Made by a program: the position numbers and the translations under genes | Notes under the pieces: generated by a model | What the model was told of the DNA's origin: nothing | What the model saw: the letters and a program-made list of their open reading frames with translations, nothing else | Databases searched by the model: none | Source of the DNA: Rhodoplanes sp. Z2-YC6860 | GTDB lineage: Bacteria > Pseudomonadota > Alphaproteobacteria > Rhizobiales > Xanthobacteraceae | Direction of reading: 5' to 3' | DNA: 64,000 bases | Assembly (NCBI RefSeq): GCF_001579845.1 | Contig: NZ_CP007440.1 | Span: forward strand, 2,810,029 to 2,874,028 | Part shown: piece after piece, positions 37,649-49,103 of the stretch | Position numbering within the stretch: the stretch's first letter is position 1 | Layout of the letters: the number at the start of each line of letters is the position of its first letter

Positions 37649-39718
37649 TTACCGGCCTTCTCTGGCCCAGGTCGCAGCGAGCGCGCCGACCAGAAGCAGC
37701 AACCCGAGCAGGCCCGCGAACATCGGCAGCACGCCGATGCCGCGCACGACGCTCGCGTCGCGCATTTTCAGCCCGATCCAATCCTCGCCGCGGAAGGTGT
37801 CGCCGGAGCGCAAGCCCGCGATGCGCGGCAGCGTGACATTGCCCGCGTTGTCCGTGATCCGGCGCGCGTCGCCGCCGGTGGCATTGGTGAAGGGCGCGAG
37901 CGTGTCGGTGGTCGACGTCACCTCGGCGAACTCGCGCGGATTGGCGGGGCCTACGTTGACCAGCGCGTTGAGCTTGCCATCGGTGGCGCGCCACAGGCCA
38001 AGCTCGTTGGCGCGCACCGAGGCGCGCCACAGTCCGGGCTCGCCGGCGGCGAGCTGCACGGTGCGCGTCGCGCCGGACGGCAAGGTCAGCGTCACGTCGC
38101 TGACGGTGTCGGCCATGGTCTGCCGTTCGATCAGGAGGTCGCGGCCGCGCACGATCAGGCGCAGCGCCTCTTCCTCGAGGTCCGGCTGCTTCATCAGCCA
38201 GTGCGACAACCGCCGCATCAGGTCGAGATGGGGGCCGCCGCCCTCGTAGCCGCGCGCCCACAGCCAGATGTGATCGGAGAGGAGCAAGCCGACGCGGCCT
38301 TCGCCCTCGCGCGACAGCACCAGCAGCGGCTTGTTGTCCGGACCGTCCATGATGGTGGTGCCGTTTTCCGCGCGGGTGTCGACCAGCCGGAACCAGTGGC
38401 TCCAATGCGGCGGGCTGGTCTCTGAGCCGGCAAGCCCGCGCGTCACCGGATGGCGTTTGCCGGCTTCGGTGAGCCCCGCGATGAACGGCGCCTCCACGGT
38501 CCGTCCGCTCGGCTCGGCCGGGAGGATCTGTTCAAGTGGCGTCCGCCAGATGCTGGTCGGGCTCGCATAGTCCGGGCCCGCGGCGACCAGGACGGCGCCG
38601 CCCTCCTGCACATAACGGGCGATGTTGTCGAAGTAGATGATCGGCAGCACGCCCTGGCGCGCATAGCGATCGAAGATGATCAGGTTGAATTCCTTGATCT
38701 TCTGCTGGAACAGCTCGCGGGTCGGAAATGCGATCAGCGACAATTCGTTGATCGGCGTGCCGTCCTGCTTTTCCGGCGGACGCAGAATGGTGAAGTGCAC
38801 GAGGTCGACGCTGGCGTCGGACTTGAGCAGGTTGCGCCAGGTGCGCTCGCCGGCATGCGGCTCGCCCGACACCAGCAGCACGCGGAGCTTGTCGCGCACG
38901 CCGTCGATCGAGACCACGGCGCGGTTGTTGACCGTGGTCAGCTCGTTTTCGATCGGAGCGGCCTCGATCTCGACGATGTTCTGCCCGGCGTGCGGAATCT
39001 GAATCTGCGCGTTGACCGTGGTGCCCGGCGTCACGGTGCGGCGATCGAGCACCTCGCCGTCGCGGCGAATGGTGACCTCGGCGGGCGAGGGGCGCGCGCC
39101 CTGGTCCTCGACGCGATACACGATGGTCTGCGACTGGCCGACGATGCCGAAGCGCGGCGTGGTGACCAGCACCACGCGGCGGTCGCGTTCGTCGCGGCGA
39201 CCGGTGATCAGCGCGTGCACCGGGGCGTTGAAGCCCAATGCTGCGACCTCGGCCGGGATGTCGTGGACGCGGCCATCGGTGAGCAGGATCGCGCCGGCGA
39301 CGCGATCCGGCGGCACATCGGCGAGGGTGGCGTTGAGCGCCGAGAACAGCCGCGTGCCGTCGGTCTCGCCGTCGGCTTCGCCGGCCTCGACGAAGCGCAC
39401 GTCGAGGCCGTTGATGCGGCCAAGCCGTTCGGCGAGTTGCGCGCGCGCCTCTTCGGTCTGCTTCAGCCGGTCGCCGAAGCCCTGGCTCGGACTTTTGTCG
39501 ACGACGACGGCGACCACGGAGGACAGAGGATCGCGGTCTTCGCGGGTGAACGACGGATTGGCAAGCGCCAGCACCATCATGGCCAGCGCCAGCGCGCGGA
39601 TCGCTGCGCCGCGGCTGCGCACGAACACCAGCAGCAGCGCCAGCACCACGGCGAGCGCGACCGCGCCCCACAGAACGTAGAGCGGAACGAGCGGCGCGAA
39701 GGTGATGCCGTAACCCAC
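37649..39718 (-). CDS. Membrane protein of the MoxR/DUF58 operon (Bat-like, function unknown)
   Basis: 689 aa. N-terminal TM helices, C-terminal TM anchor. Fourth gene of the conserved MoxR-DUF58-BatA-like block. Confidence 0.55.
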   Translation of the reverse strand: MGYGITFAPLVPLYVLWGAVALAVVLALLLVFVRSRGAAIRALALAMMVLALANPSFTREDRDPLSSVVAVVVDKSPSQGFGDRLKQTEEARAQLAERLGRINGLDVRFVEAGEADGETDGTRLFSALNATLADVPPDRVAGAILLTDGRVHDIPAEVAALGFNAPVHALITGRRDERDRRVVLVTTPRFGIVGQSQTIVYRVEDQGARPSPAEVTIRRDGEVLDRRTVTPGTTVNAQIQIPHAGQNIVEIEAAPIENELTTVNNRAVVSIDGVRDKLRVLLVSGEPHAGERTWRNLLKSDASVDLVHFTILRPPEKQDGTPINELSLIAFPTRELFQQKIKEFNLIIFDRYARQGVLPIIYFDNIARYVQEGGAVLVAAGPDYASPTSIWRTPLEQILPAEPSGRTVEAPFIAGLTEAGKRHPVTRGLAGSETSPPHWSHWFRLVDTRAENGTTIMDGPDNKPLLVLSREGEGRVGLLLSDHIWLWARGYEGGGPHLDLMRRLSHWLMKQPDLEEEALRLIVRGRDLLIERQTMADTVSDVTLTLPSGATRTVQLAAGEPGLWRASVRANELGLWRATDGKLNALVNVGPANPREFAEVTSTTDTLAPFTNATGGDARRITDNAGNVTLPRIAGLRSGDTFRGEDWIGLKMRDASVVRGIGVLPMFAGLLGLLLLVGALAATWAREGR

Positions 39719-39722
39719 GATG

Positions 39723-42659
39723 CTATTGTCCCAGACGCTCGAGCAGGGCCGGTACGTGAACCTGGTCGGCCTTGTAGTTGCCGGTCAGCGTGTACATCAC
39801 GATGTTGACGCCGGCGCGGAAGGCGAATTCGCGCTGCCGCGGCTCGCCCGGCACCATCGGCAGCATGGCCTGGCCGTCCGGGCGCGTCGCCCAGGCGCCT
39901 GCCATGTCGTTCGAGGTGATCAGGATCGACGACACGCCGTCGCCGGCGCGGGCCGGCCGCTTGCTCTCGTCGTCGGCGTCGTTGCCGGTCGGCAGCGCCT
40001 CGACCCAGAGCTGCCCGGAGTTGAAGCGGCCGGGGAAGTCGCGAAGCAGGAAGAACGTCTTGGTCAGCACGTGATCGCGCGACACCGGCTCGAGCTCGGG
40101 GATGTCGAGAGAGCCAAGGATGTTGCGCAGCGCCAGCATGCCGGGCGAGCGGCTGGCGCCGCCGGGGCCGGGCGGCGCCGTGATGGCGTCGCGGGTGTCG
40201 AACAGCACGGTGCCGCCGTTCTTCATGTAGGCGTCGATGCGGGCGAGCGCCGCGGGCGTGGGCTTCGGCGCGTTCGGCAGCACCGGCCAGTAGATCAGCG
40301 GGAAGAAGGCGAGCTCGTCTTTTCCGATATCGAGGCCGACCGGATCGCCGGCTTCGAGCGCGGTGCGCTGCGCGAGATAGAGCGTCAGCCCCTGCAGGCC
40401 GGACTTGCTGATGCCGTCCACTTCAGAGTCGCCGGTGATGACGTAAGCGAGCCGCGTTTCGGTGGTGGCCTTGAGCGCGAAATCGGCGTCGCCCGAACTC
40501 AGCGGCTCGGACGGCGTGCGCTGTTCTCTCGGCGGCGTGCCGGTGATAGCCCGATTGATCATCGGCCCGAGCAGATCGCCTTGCGCTTGCTGTTGTGGAG
40601 CCTGCTGCTGTTGCGCAGACGCCTGCGAGCCGAACGTCAGCGTCGCCATCAGCACGGCCGCGAGCAGCATCGCCGCGGTGGCGCCGTGCGGACGCCGCCG
40701 CAGGAGCTGGCCGATGCCGCCGGCCAGGAGGAACACCACCAGCGCATCGAGCGCCAGCAGGCCAAGTGCCGCGAGCAGCACCGGACCGCGCAAATCCTGC
40801 GGCTCGCCCACCTGGTAGGCCTCGAGCCGCGCATGCAGCGGCGCGTAGTCGATGGTCGCGAGCTTGTCGGCAGGCGCGAGCGTGTTCACGGCAAGGAGCC
40901 CCTCTGGCGGACCGTAGAATCCCGGCGGATGATCCGCTGTGGCCCGCGTCACAAAGCCGGCCGGCACCGGCCGCGTGGTGGCGGTCGGCGGTCCGAAGGC
41001 GCCGAAGCCGTCGAGGATGCGCGTCGGCGGCACCACCTCGCGTTCGGCCTTGTTCTTCTCGGATGCATCGTTGGTTGCCGTCGTGCCGGCGAGAGCCACC
41101 AGCCGGCGCAGCATATCGACGAACGAGCCCGACAGCGGCAGGTCGGACCAGCGGGTGTCGGCGGTGACATGGAACAGCACGATCATTCCTTTGCCGCGCT
41201 TGACGGCGGTGACGAGCGGCGTGCCGTCGGCAAGCGTCGCCCAGGTGCGATCGACGAGGCCGGCTTCCGGCTCGGCCAGCACCTGACGCGACACGGTCAC
41301 GTCCTTCGGCACCGGCATGTTGTTGAACGGCCCCTCGCGCGAGAAGGCCGTGAGCGGCTGCGGCTGATCCCAGCTCATGCTGCCGCCGAGCGTGCGGCCG
41401 CCACGGCGAAGCTTGACCGGCACGAGATCGTCGTCGGAGGCGGCAAGCCGCGGCCCGGCGAAACGCACCAGCATGCCGCCGTCCTCGACCCAGGCGGCGA
41501 GGCGGTCATGGGACTCGCCGGTCACGTTGCCGACGTCGGCCAGCATGATCATCGGCACGCTCTGGTCGATGAAGCGCTTGATCGCCTCCACCGGCGCTGC
41601 GATGTCGGCGAGGCGGACATCGGCGAACGGATTGAGCGCGCGGGAGAGATAGTAGGTCGAAGCGAGCAGCGGTTGCGCGGTGTCAGCGGTCGAACCCGAC
41701 ACCACGCCGATGGTGCGGCGGCGCCAGCGCTTGTCGAGCAGCTGCACGGCGCCGGCCGAGCGTTCGGCAGGAATTTCGAGCCGCGCGATGTCGTTTCGGA
41801 TTTCGACCGGCAGGTTGATCTCGGCATCGGTTTCGAGATCGCCGTCCTTGAAGCCGAAACGCGCTTCGCCGAGCGGCAGGCCCTTCAGATCGAGCGCGCG
41901 AATGAGGCCGCTCTCGCTGCCGGCCGTGGTGGCGCGCAGCACTTTCACGGTGAGGGAGCCCGCCTGATTGTCGGCCGCGGCGAGCGCGTGCGGTGTCGGC
42001 AGGCCGCCGGTGACGACCGAGACGTTGCGGCCTTCGGTGATGCGGGCAAGGCCCGCGACGAATTCCGAACCGCGGCCGAGATCAATGCCGTCCGACAGCC
42101 AGACCACCTCCATGTCGGGGGCGCCGGCCAGCAGCCGGCTGATGGCGGGCAGCGCGTCGACGCGCTCGACCGCATAGGGCTTGGGCTTGAGCTGATGGAT
42201 GCGCACGCGCGCCGCGGCCGCGGGCTGAACCGAGATATCGCGGGTGGCGTCGCCGAGCGTCACCAGCGCGACACTGCGGTTGTCGGCTTCGGCGCGGCCG
42301 ATGATGTCGTCAGCCGACCGCATGCGCGCGTCCCAGCTCGCCGCCGCGCTGAAGTCGTCGTCGATCAGAAGCGCGAGGGAAGACGAACTGCTGGTGCCGG
42401 CAGCCGGTGGATTCCACAACGGCCCGGCGGCGGCGAGGATCACGAGCGTCGCAAGCGCCAGCCGAAGCAGTGTCAGCCACCACGGCGTGCGCGACGGCGT
42501 GTCTTCCTTCGGCTGGATGTCGAGCAACAGCCGCGTCGGCGGAAACTCGATGCGCAGCGGCCGCGGCGGAATGAGCCGCAACAGCCACCACAGCACCGGC
42601 AAGCTCAACAGCCCCAGCAGGATCAGCGGCTGCGCGAAGCCGATCGGCAGGCCCATCAT
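39723..42659 (-). CDS. Large membrane-anchored protein with BatA-like N-terminal double-TM region and DUF4159-like C-terminus
   Basis: 978 aa. N-terminal double TM helices, internal TM pair, Gln-rich linker. ATGA overlap with the DUF58 stop. Confidence 0.55.
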   Translation of the reverse strand: MMGLPIGFAQPLILLGLLSLPVLWWLLRLIPPRPLRIEFPPTRLLLDIQPKEDTPSRTPWWLTLLRLALATLVILAAAGPLWNPPAAGTSSSSSLALLIDDDFSAAASWDARMRSADDIIGRAEADNRSVALVTLGDATRDISVQPAAAARVRIHQLKPKPYAVERVDALPAISRLLAGAPDMEVVWLSDGIDLGRGSEFVAGLARITEGRNVSVVTGGLPTPHALAAADNQAGSLTVKVLRATTAGSESGLIRALDLKGLPLGEARFGFKDGDLETDAEINLPVEIRNDIARLEIPAERSAGAVQLLDKRWRRRTIGVVSGSTADTAQPLLASTYYLSRALNPFADVRLADIAAPVEAIKRFIDQSVPMIMLADVGNVTGESHDRLAAWVEDGGMLVRFAGPRLAASDDDLVPVKLRRGGRTLGGSMSWDQPQPLTAFSREGPFNNMPVPKDVTVSRQVLAEPEAGLVDRTWATLADGTPLVTAVKRGKGMIVLFHVTADTRWSDLPLSGSFVDMLRRLVALAGTTATNDASEKNKAEREVVPPTRILDGFGAFGPPTATTRPVPAGFVTRATADHPPGFYGPPEGLLAVNTLAPADKLATIDYAPLHARLEAYQVGEPQDLRGPVLLAALGLLALDALVVFLLAGGIGQLLRRRPHGATAAMLLAAVLMATLTFGSQASAQQQQAPQQQAQGDLLGPMINRAITGTPPREQRTPSEPLSSGDADFALKATTETRLAYVITGDSEVDGISKSGLQGLTLYLAQRTALEAGDPVGLDIGKDELAFFPLIYWPVLPNAPKPTPAALARIDAYMKNGGTVLFDTRDAITAPPGPGGASRSPGMLALRNILGSLDIPELEPVSRDHVLTKTFFLLRDFPGRFNSGQLWVEALPTGNDADDESKRPARAGDGVSSILITSNDMAGAWATRPDGQAMLPMVPGEPRQREFAFRAGVNIVMYTLTGNYKADQVHVPALLERLGQ

Positions 42660-43612
42660 GCCGACCTCCCAAGCTGCATGCCGTGCGGCCGGCGATTGCT
42701 CATCGCCGCATCGTTGCCTTCGCCAATTCGCCCATGCAATGCGAAGAGCAGCTCGTTCGCCGGGCGGTCGGTGCGATGGATGGTGAAGCTCCAGCCGAGT
42801 CGCTTGGCCTCGGCCGCGAGCTCGGCGCGATGCTGCTTGAGACGCGTCTCGTAATCGGCGCGCCAGTTCTCGGCGCGGCCGGCGGTGATCTGCGCGCCGG
42901 TTTCAGGCTCGGTGAATTCGACGCGGCCCGAATAGGGGAAGGTTTCTTCGGCCGGGTCGACGATCTGAACCAGATGGCCCTGCGAGCCGTTCGACGACAA
43001 CTGCGTCAAGGTCGCGCGGATCTCGGCGATCGGGCTCCAGAGATCGGACAGCACCACGACCTCGGACAGCATCGCCGGCGCGAAGCCCAACGGCAGGCTC
43101 GGGCGCTCGCGCGGGTCGTGGATGATCGCTTCGGCCATGCGCTCGATCACGGCGCGGCTGCCGGTCGGGCGGGTGAGGCCGGGCAGGCCGACACGCTCGC
43201 CGGCTTCCACAAGGACTTCAGCGAGCGCGAACGCGATGGTCAGCGTGCGATCGAGCTTGCTCTCGCGCGCGAGCTTCGAGACGAAGTTCATCGACGGCGA
43301 GCGGTCCGGCCAGATCCAGATGGTGTGGGCGGCCTCCCACTCCTGCTCGCGGACGTAGAGATTGTCGTCGCGCGCCGAGCGGCGCCAGTCGATGCGGCGC
43401 GCCGCTTCGCCCGGCACGTAGCGGCGGAATTGCCAGAAGTTCTCGCCGGAGCCGGAGCGGCGGCGGCCATGCAGACCGTGGATCACTGTCGCTGCGATCT
43501 TGCGCGCTTCGAGGATCAGCCGCGGCATGGAGGCCGCGAGCGTGCGGCCGGCGCCGGTCGCCAGCCGCGTCGCCCGGACTTCGTCACGCCCCGCAGTGCC
43601 TTCAGAGGCCAT
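42656..43612 (-). CDS. DUF58 domain protein (MoxR-associated, VWA-like)
   Basis: 318 aa. Position and sequence pattern of DUF58 partners of MoxR ATPases. Confidence 0.7.
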   Translation of the reverse strand: MASEGTAGRDEVRATRLATGAGRTLAASMPRLILEARKIAATVIHGLHGRRRSGSGENFWQFRRYVPGEAARRIDWRRSARDDNLYVREQEWEAAHTIWIWPDRSPSMNFVSKLARESKLDRTLTIAFALAEVLVEAGERVGLPGLTRPTGSRAVIERMAEAIIHDPRERPSLPLGFAPAMLSEVVVLSDLWSPIAEIRATLTQLSSNGSQGHLVQIVDPAEETFPYSGRVEFTEPETGAQITAGRAENWRADYETRLKQHRAELAAEAKRLGWSFTIHRTDRPANELLFALHGRIGEGNDAAMSNRRPHGMQLGRSA

Positions 43613-43615
43613 CGA

Positions 43616-44626
<1,011 letters not shown>

Positions 44627-44851
44627 TTCGAGCTCCGTGTTTTGGGTTTGGGAACGACACTGGCCGCCGCCCGCTTGTCGTAGCCTATGCACAAACAATA
44701 ATCATGCCAGTGCGATACTAGCCCCGATTCCCACAGGTGCGTTCTCACATTTGAGGCAAAACCCCGCTATTTTTCTGCGGTTTCAAGCCGTTCGGACTAT
44801 TTTTCCGCCCGGGCTGGGCAAGCGCCTCCGAGTGGTAGGGTAGGGTCAACA

Positions 44852-45460
44852 ATGGCGAACGAAAGGCGATCCGACGAAAAGCGCCCCGGCACGCTGGATG
44901 GGCTTGTCAACAATGCGCGAGGTGCAACCCAAAAGGGCCCGCCGCCGGTGCATTTGTGGAATCCGCCATTCTGCGGCGACCTCGATATGCGGATCGGTTC
45001 GGATGGCACCTGGCACTACATGAAAACCCCGATCGGCCGGCCTGCGCTGGTCAAACTGTTCGCTTCCGTGCTCAAGCGCGAAGGCGACAAGTATTTCCTC
45101 GTCACGCCGGTCGAGAAGTGCGGCATCACGGTCGACGATGCGCCGTTCATGGCTGTCGAAATGCGATCGGAGCAGGGCGATGGGGGGCGCGTGCTGAACT
45201 TCCGCACCAACGTGGACGACTGGGTCGCCTGCGGCCCGGCGCACGCATTGCGTTTTGAGTCGGAACCCGATACCGGCGGTCTGAAACCGTATCTGCACGT
45301 CCGCCGCGACTTGTGGGCGAAGGTCACGCGGGCGCTGTTCTACGACCTGGTTGAACTGGGCGAGGAACGCGACGTCGATGGCGAGACGATGTTCGGTGTC
45401 GTGTCCGGCGGTGCGTTCTTCGCCATGGCTCCGGCGGAATCTTTGAGGGAATTCGGGTGA
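44852..45460 (+). CDS. DUF1285 domain protein
   Basis: 202 aa. Conserved HLWNPPFCGDLDMRIGSDGTWHY region typical of DUF1285. GTGA overlap with the next gene. Confidence 0.6.
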   Translation: MANERRSDEKRPGTLDGLVNNARGATQKGPPPVHLWNPPFCGDLDMRIGSDGTWHYMKTPIGRPALVKLFASVLKREGDKYFLVTPVEKCGITVDDAPFMAVEMRSEQGDGGRVLNFRTNVDDWVACGPAHALRFESEPDTGGLKPYLHVRRDLWAKVTRALFYDLVELGEERDVDGETMFGVVSGGAFFAMAPAESLREFG

Positions 45461-46128
45461 TGCAGCAGGGCGTGCCGCTCGACGAGGTGAAGGCGCCGAC
45501 GCACGAATTTTTCGAGCGGGCGCGGTCGCGACTCAATCGCGAGGTGCCGGTGGGGCTCACCGACTTCGATGCCGAAGTCAAAATCCGCGGCGACCTCGAT
45601 CTCGAACCCGAACTCTGGATCAAGGCCGGCGTGAAGGCCACCAAGCCTGCCGCAGTCCTGGTGCCGATCGTCGCGAGGTCCGAGCCGCAGGTGCTGCTTA
45701 CGCAGCGCACGCCGGAGCTGAAAAGCCATTCCGGCCAGATCGCATTTCCGGGCGGCCGGATCGAGCCGGGCGAAGGGCCGCTGGCTGCGGCCTTGCGCGA
45801 GGCGAACGAGGAAGTCGGGCTCGATTCAAAATTTGTCGAGCCGATCGGCTATCTCGATCTCTATCTGACGTTCTCCGGCTTCCGCATCCTGCCGCTGGTC
45901 GCTCATGTCGACCCGGACTATGCGATGAAGGTCAATCCCAGCGAGGTCGCCGACGCCTTCGAGGTGCCGTTGGAATTCCTGATGACGCCCGGCAATCACC
46001 AGCGCCTCAGCCGCGACTGGAACGGCATCGAGCGGCACTACTACGCCATGCCGTTTCAAGAGCGATACATTTGGGGCGTGACCGCTGGTATCCTGCGCAA
46101 TCTGTACGAACGGATCTACGCCGGATGA
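45457..46128 (+). CDS. CoA pyrophosphatase (NUDIX, NudL-like)
   Basis: NUDIX box GQIAFPGGRIEPGEGPLAAALREANEEVGL. 223 aa. Confidence 0.8.
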   Translation: MMQQGVPLDEVKAPTHEFFERARSRLNREVPVGLTDFDAEVKIRGDLDLEPELWIKAGVKATKPAAVLVPIVARSEPQVLLTQRTPELKSHSGQIAFPGGRIEPGEGPLAAALREANEEVGLDSKFVEPIGYLDLYLTFSGFRILPLVAHVDPDYAMKVNPSEVADAFEVPLEFLMTPGNHQRLSRDWNGIERHYYAMPFQERYIWGVTAGILRNLYERIYAG

Positions 46129-46391
46129 TTCGTCCCATTGCCATCGAGGTCGCGCTGTTCTTCGCGCCGTTCGCGGCTTACGCAGCGTACCTGTGGCTCA
46201 CCAAGACGCCGGTGTTCGACCAGCAGCACTGGCCGATCCGCGTGCTTTCTTCGCTCGCCATCACGGCCCTTGTGCTCACCGCAGGCGCCTTCATCCTGAT
46301 GGTGCATTTCGCCGGAGCGCCGGTCGGCTCGGATTACGTGCCGGCCCATATGGAGGACGGGAAGTTCGTTCCAGGGCGGTTGGGGCCGTGA
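46125..46391 (+). CDS. Small two-TM membrane protein
   Basis: 88 aa from MIRPIAIEV. ATGA overlap with the upstream stop and GTGA overlap with the cca start. Confidence 0.45.
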   Translation: MIRPIAIEVALFFAPFAAYAAYLWLTKTPVFDQQHWPIRVLSSLAITALVLTAGAFILMVHFAGAPVGSDYVPAHMEDGKFVPGRLGP

Positions 46392-47638
46392 GCGACACGC
46401 AGCCTTTGCTGAAAGACGCTGTCTGGCTGCGGCAGGGTGTTCTTGCGCACCTGATCGCGGTCTTGAGCGAGGGCGGCGAAGAGGCGCGCGTGGTGGGCGG
46501 CGCGGTACGCAACGCGCTGCTCGGCGAGCCGATCGGGGACATCGACATTGCCACCACGGTTTTGCCCGACGAGGTGATGCGCCGCACGGCGGCCGCGTAC
46601 TTCAAGCCGGTGCCGACCGGCATCGAACATGGCACCGTGACGGTCGTGATCGACGGTCAGCCGTTCGAGGTGACGACCTTGCGCGAGGACGTCGAGACCT
46701 TCGGCCGCCACGCCACTGTTCACTTCGGCCGTGACTGGCGCAAGGACGCCGAGCGCCGCGACTTCACGATGAACGCGCTGTCGGCTTCGGGCGACGGCGC
46801 AGTGCATGACCATGTCGGCGGCATCGCCGATCTCAGAGCGCACCGCGTGCGGTTCATCGGCGATGCCGCGACCCGCATCGCCGAAGATCACCTGCGCATT
46901 CTGCGCTTCTTCCGTTTTCACGCCGCTTACGGCCATGGCCTGCCGGACCGTGACGGCCTCAAGGCCTGCATCGCGGCACGAGGAAGCCTCGATCAATTGT
47001 CACGCGAGCGGGTGCGGATGGAGATGCTCAAGCTGCTCGTCGCGCGGCACGCGGCTCCCGTGCTCGCCGTGATGGCCGAGAGCGGCCTGCTCGGTTCGAT
47101 CCTCGGCGGTGTCGTCGATCTCGCAGCCTTCGAGAATCTGGCCAAGATCGAAACCGTGCTGCGCCTTGCCGCCGATCCGGTGCGCAGGCTCGGGGCGCTC
47201 GCGACGCGGGTCGCCGAAGACGCCGAGCGGCTGTGGCAGCGGCTCCGTCTGTCCAACGCCGAGCATGAGCGCATCGAATCGATGAGCGAACTCTGGTGGC
47301 GCATATCGCCCGCGAACGACAAGGCCGCGCGCGTGCTGCTCTATCGCACCGGTCCGGCGCGCTATGTCGACCGGGTGCTGATGGCCTGGGCGCATTCGCC
47401 GGCGGGCGCCAGAGACGAAGCCTGGCGGGCGTTGTCTGCGCTGCCTGCGCGCTGGACCGCGCCGGCCTTTCCGATCAAGGCAGCCGAGTTGATCGCCCGC
47501 GGTGTGCCGCACGGCCCGGCCGTGGGCATTGCGCTGCGCAAGGCCGAGGAAGCCTGGATCGAGGCGGGTTTCCCCGCCGATCAGTCCACGCTCGCGGATA
47601 TTGCCGCCGCGGCAGTGCAGGCGGCCACCCAGCGCTGA
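46388..47638 (+). CDS. cca: CCA tRNA nucleotidyltransferase (class II, PolA head domain)
   Basis: GGAVRNALLG...DIDIAT nucleotidyltransferase motif. 416 aa from a GTG. Confidence 0.8.
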   Translation: MSDTQPLLKDAVWLRQGVLAHLIAVLSEGGEEARVVGGAVRNALLGEPIGDIDIATTVLPDEVMRRTAAAYFKPVPTGIEHGTVTVVIDGQPFEVTTLREDVETFGRHATVHFGRDWRKDAERRDFTMNALSASGDGAVHDHVGGIADLRAHRVRFIGDAATRIAEDHLRILRFFRFHAAYGHGLPDRDGLKACIAARGSLDQLSRERVRMEMLKLLVARHAAPVLAVMAESGLLGSILGGVVDLAAFENLAKIETVLRLAADPVRRLGALATRVAEDAERLWQRLRLSNAEHERIESMSELWWRISPANDKAARVLLYRTGPARYVDRVLMAWAHSPAGARDEAWRALSALPARWTAPAFPIKAAELIARGVPHGPAVGIALRKAEEAWIEAGFPADQSTLADIAAAAVQAATQR

Positions 47639-47660
47639 GAGACGCAGACGCGCGCACAAA

Positions 47661-47695
47661 CAAAAAGCCCCGGGGATGACCCGGGGCTTTTCGAT
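47661..47695. terminator. Bidirectional rho-independent terminator
   Basis: aaaaagccccgggg-atga-ccggggcttttcg. Serves cca (+) and the convergent OMP gene (-). Confidence 0.75.
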
Positions 47696-47711
47696 CTCGA
47701 TTGTTCGCCGA

Positions 47712-49103
47712 TCAGTAGCGCGACGTCAGCGGGTTGCCGCCGAAGCGATAGGTGAGCGCCGAACGGAACAGGTGGTATTTGTGATCGGCCGCGATCGAGA
47801 AGCCATTGACCACATCGGTGAGCGTATCGCCGCGGCCGGCGTCAACATAGAGATACTCGGTCTTCATCGACCAGTTGGTCCACATCGCGGTTTCGATACC
47901 GCCACCGACGGTCCAGCCCGACAGTGTCTTGCTGCTCGACAGGATGCTGCTGGCGAACAAGGTGTCCTTTGTGTTGACCCACGCGCCGCCGCCCGTGGCG
48001 TAGAGCAGCGCAGGACCGGTGCTGTAGCCGATGCGGCCGCGAGCTGTCGCAATCCACGACGCCTTGGAACCCAAGGCCGAGGGGGTGCCGCTGTTGCCGC
48101 CCACGACGTTGAAGTAGTCGTTGCTCATATGGTCGATGCCGAGCCAGCTGACATCGCCTTCGACACCGAGCACCCACTTCGGCGTGACCATCCAGTTGTA
48201 GCCAATCTGTCCGCCGGCGGTGAAACCCGTGCCGTTGTTGCCGATTTCAGCCGTGCCAGCAGGATTGGATCCTCGATCGATGCCCGAGCCACTAATGCTG
48301 CTCGACGCGCCGCCGAACACGCCGCCGACAAACAGGCCGTTCCAGTTGGTCTGCGGCAATGGACCGTTCTTGCCCGCGCCGAACTGATAGTTCAGGCCGA
48401 AGCGCTGGGTGTAGAACTCGCGCTTGTCGGTGAAGATCGTGAGGCCGTTGGCCGGATTGGCGAGCGTGTCGCCGCTTTCCAGGTTGATGTAGAGAGATTC
48501 AGTCTTCGCCGACCAGCCGCCGCCCAGCATGGTCTCGACGCCGGTGCCGACCACCCAGCCGGTTTGAGTCTTGCTGCTCGAGACCTCGAAGCCGCTCACA
48601 GCGTCGCGATTGATGTCACGGACATTGGCCGCCGCGAAGCCGGCGGTGATGTAGTTGAAGTTCGGTCCGTCGGCCAAACCGGCGCGCAGGCGCGCCGTAC
48701 CGAGCCAGGACGTCTTGGAATTATAGATCAGAGGGTCGTCCCAGTCGGTGGTTCGGTGACCGGTGTCGAAATAGCCAATGTCGCCTTCGGCGCCGATCAC
48801 CAGCTTCTGGCCGAAGAGGCCCCAGTTGAGCTGGTAATTGTAGCCAATGGTGCCACCGCCGGTGAAGCCGTAGCCGGTGTGCTCGAGGTCGCCGAGGACA
48901 TTGCCGTTTGGATCACGGCTGCGGCTCTTCGATACGCCGACGCCGACATAGGCACCGACGTAGGGGCCGGTCCAATCCCAGGCGACAATCGGCGCGGCCT
49001 TATAAACCGGCGCCTTGGTCGGAAGGTCCGCGGCGCTTGCGCCTTGCGCGGTAACGGCGGCGGCAACAGACGCGAGCAACACGTGGGAAAGCTTGGACCG
49101 CAT
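47712..49103 (-). CDS. Outer-membrane beta-barrel protein (Omp25/Omp31/OmpA-like porin family) with an internal tandem duplication
   Basis: 463 aa. Signal peptide. Two homologous about 220-aa modules, each ending in a C-terminal aromatic barrel signature (...RFGLNYQFG mid-protein and ...RSALTYRFG near the C-terminus). Confidence 0.75.
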   Translation of the reverse strand: MRSKLSHVLLASVAAAVTAQGASAADLPTKAPVYKAAPIVAWDWTGPYVGAYVGVGVSKSRSRDPNGNVLGDLEHTGYGFTGGGTIGYNYQLNWGLFGQKLVIGAEGDIGYFDTGHRTTDWDDPLIYNSKTSWLGTARLRAGLADGPNFNYITAGFAAANVRDINRDAVSGFEVSSSKTQTGWVVGTGVETMLGGGWSAKTESLYINLESGDTLANPANGLTIFTDKREFYTQRFGLNYQFGAGKNGPLPQTNWNGLFVGGVFGGASSSISGSGIDRGSNPAGTAEIGNNGTGFTAGGQIGYNWMVTPKWVLGVEGDVSWLGIDHMSNDYFNVVGGNSGTPSALGSKASWIATARGRIGYSTGPALLYATGGGAWVNTKDTLFASSILSSSKTLSGWTVGGGIETAMWTNWSMKTEYLYVDAGRGDTLTDVVNGFSIAADHKYHLFRSALTYRFGGNPLTSRY

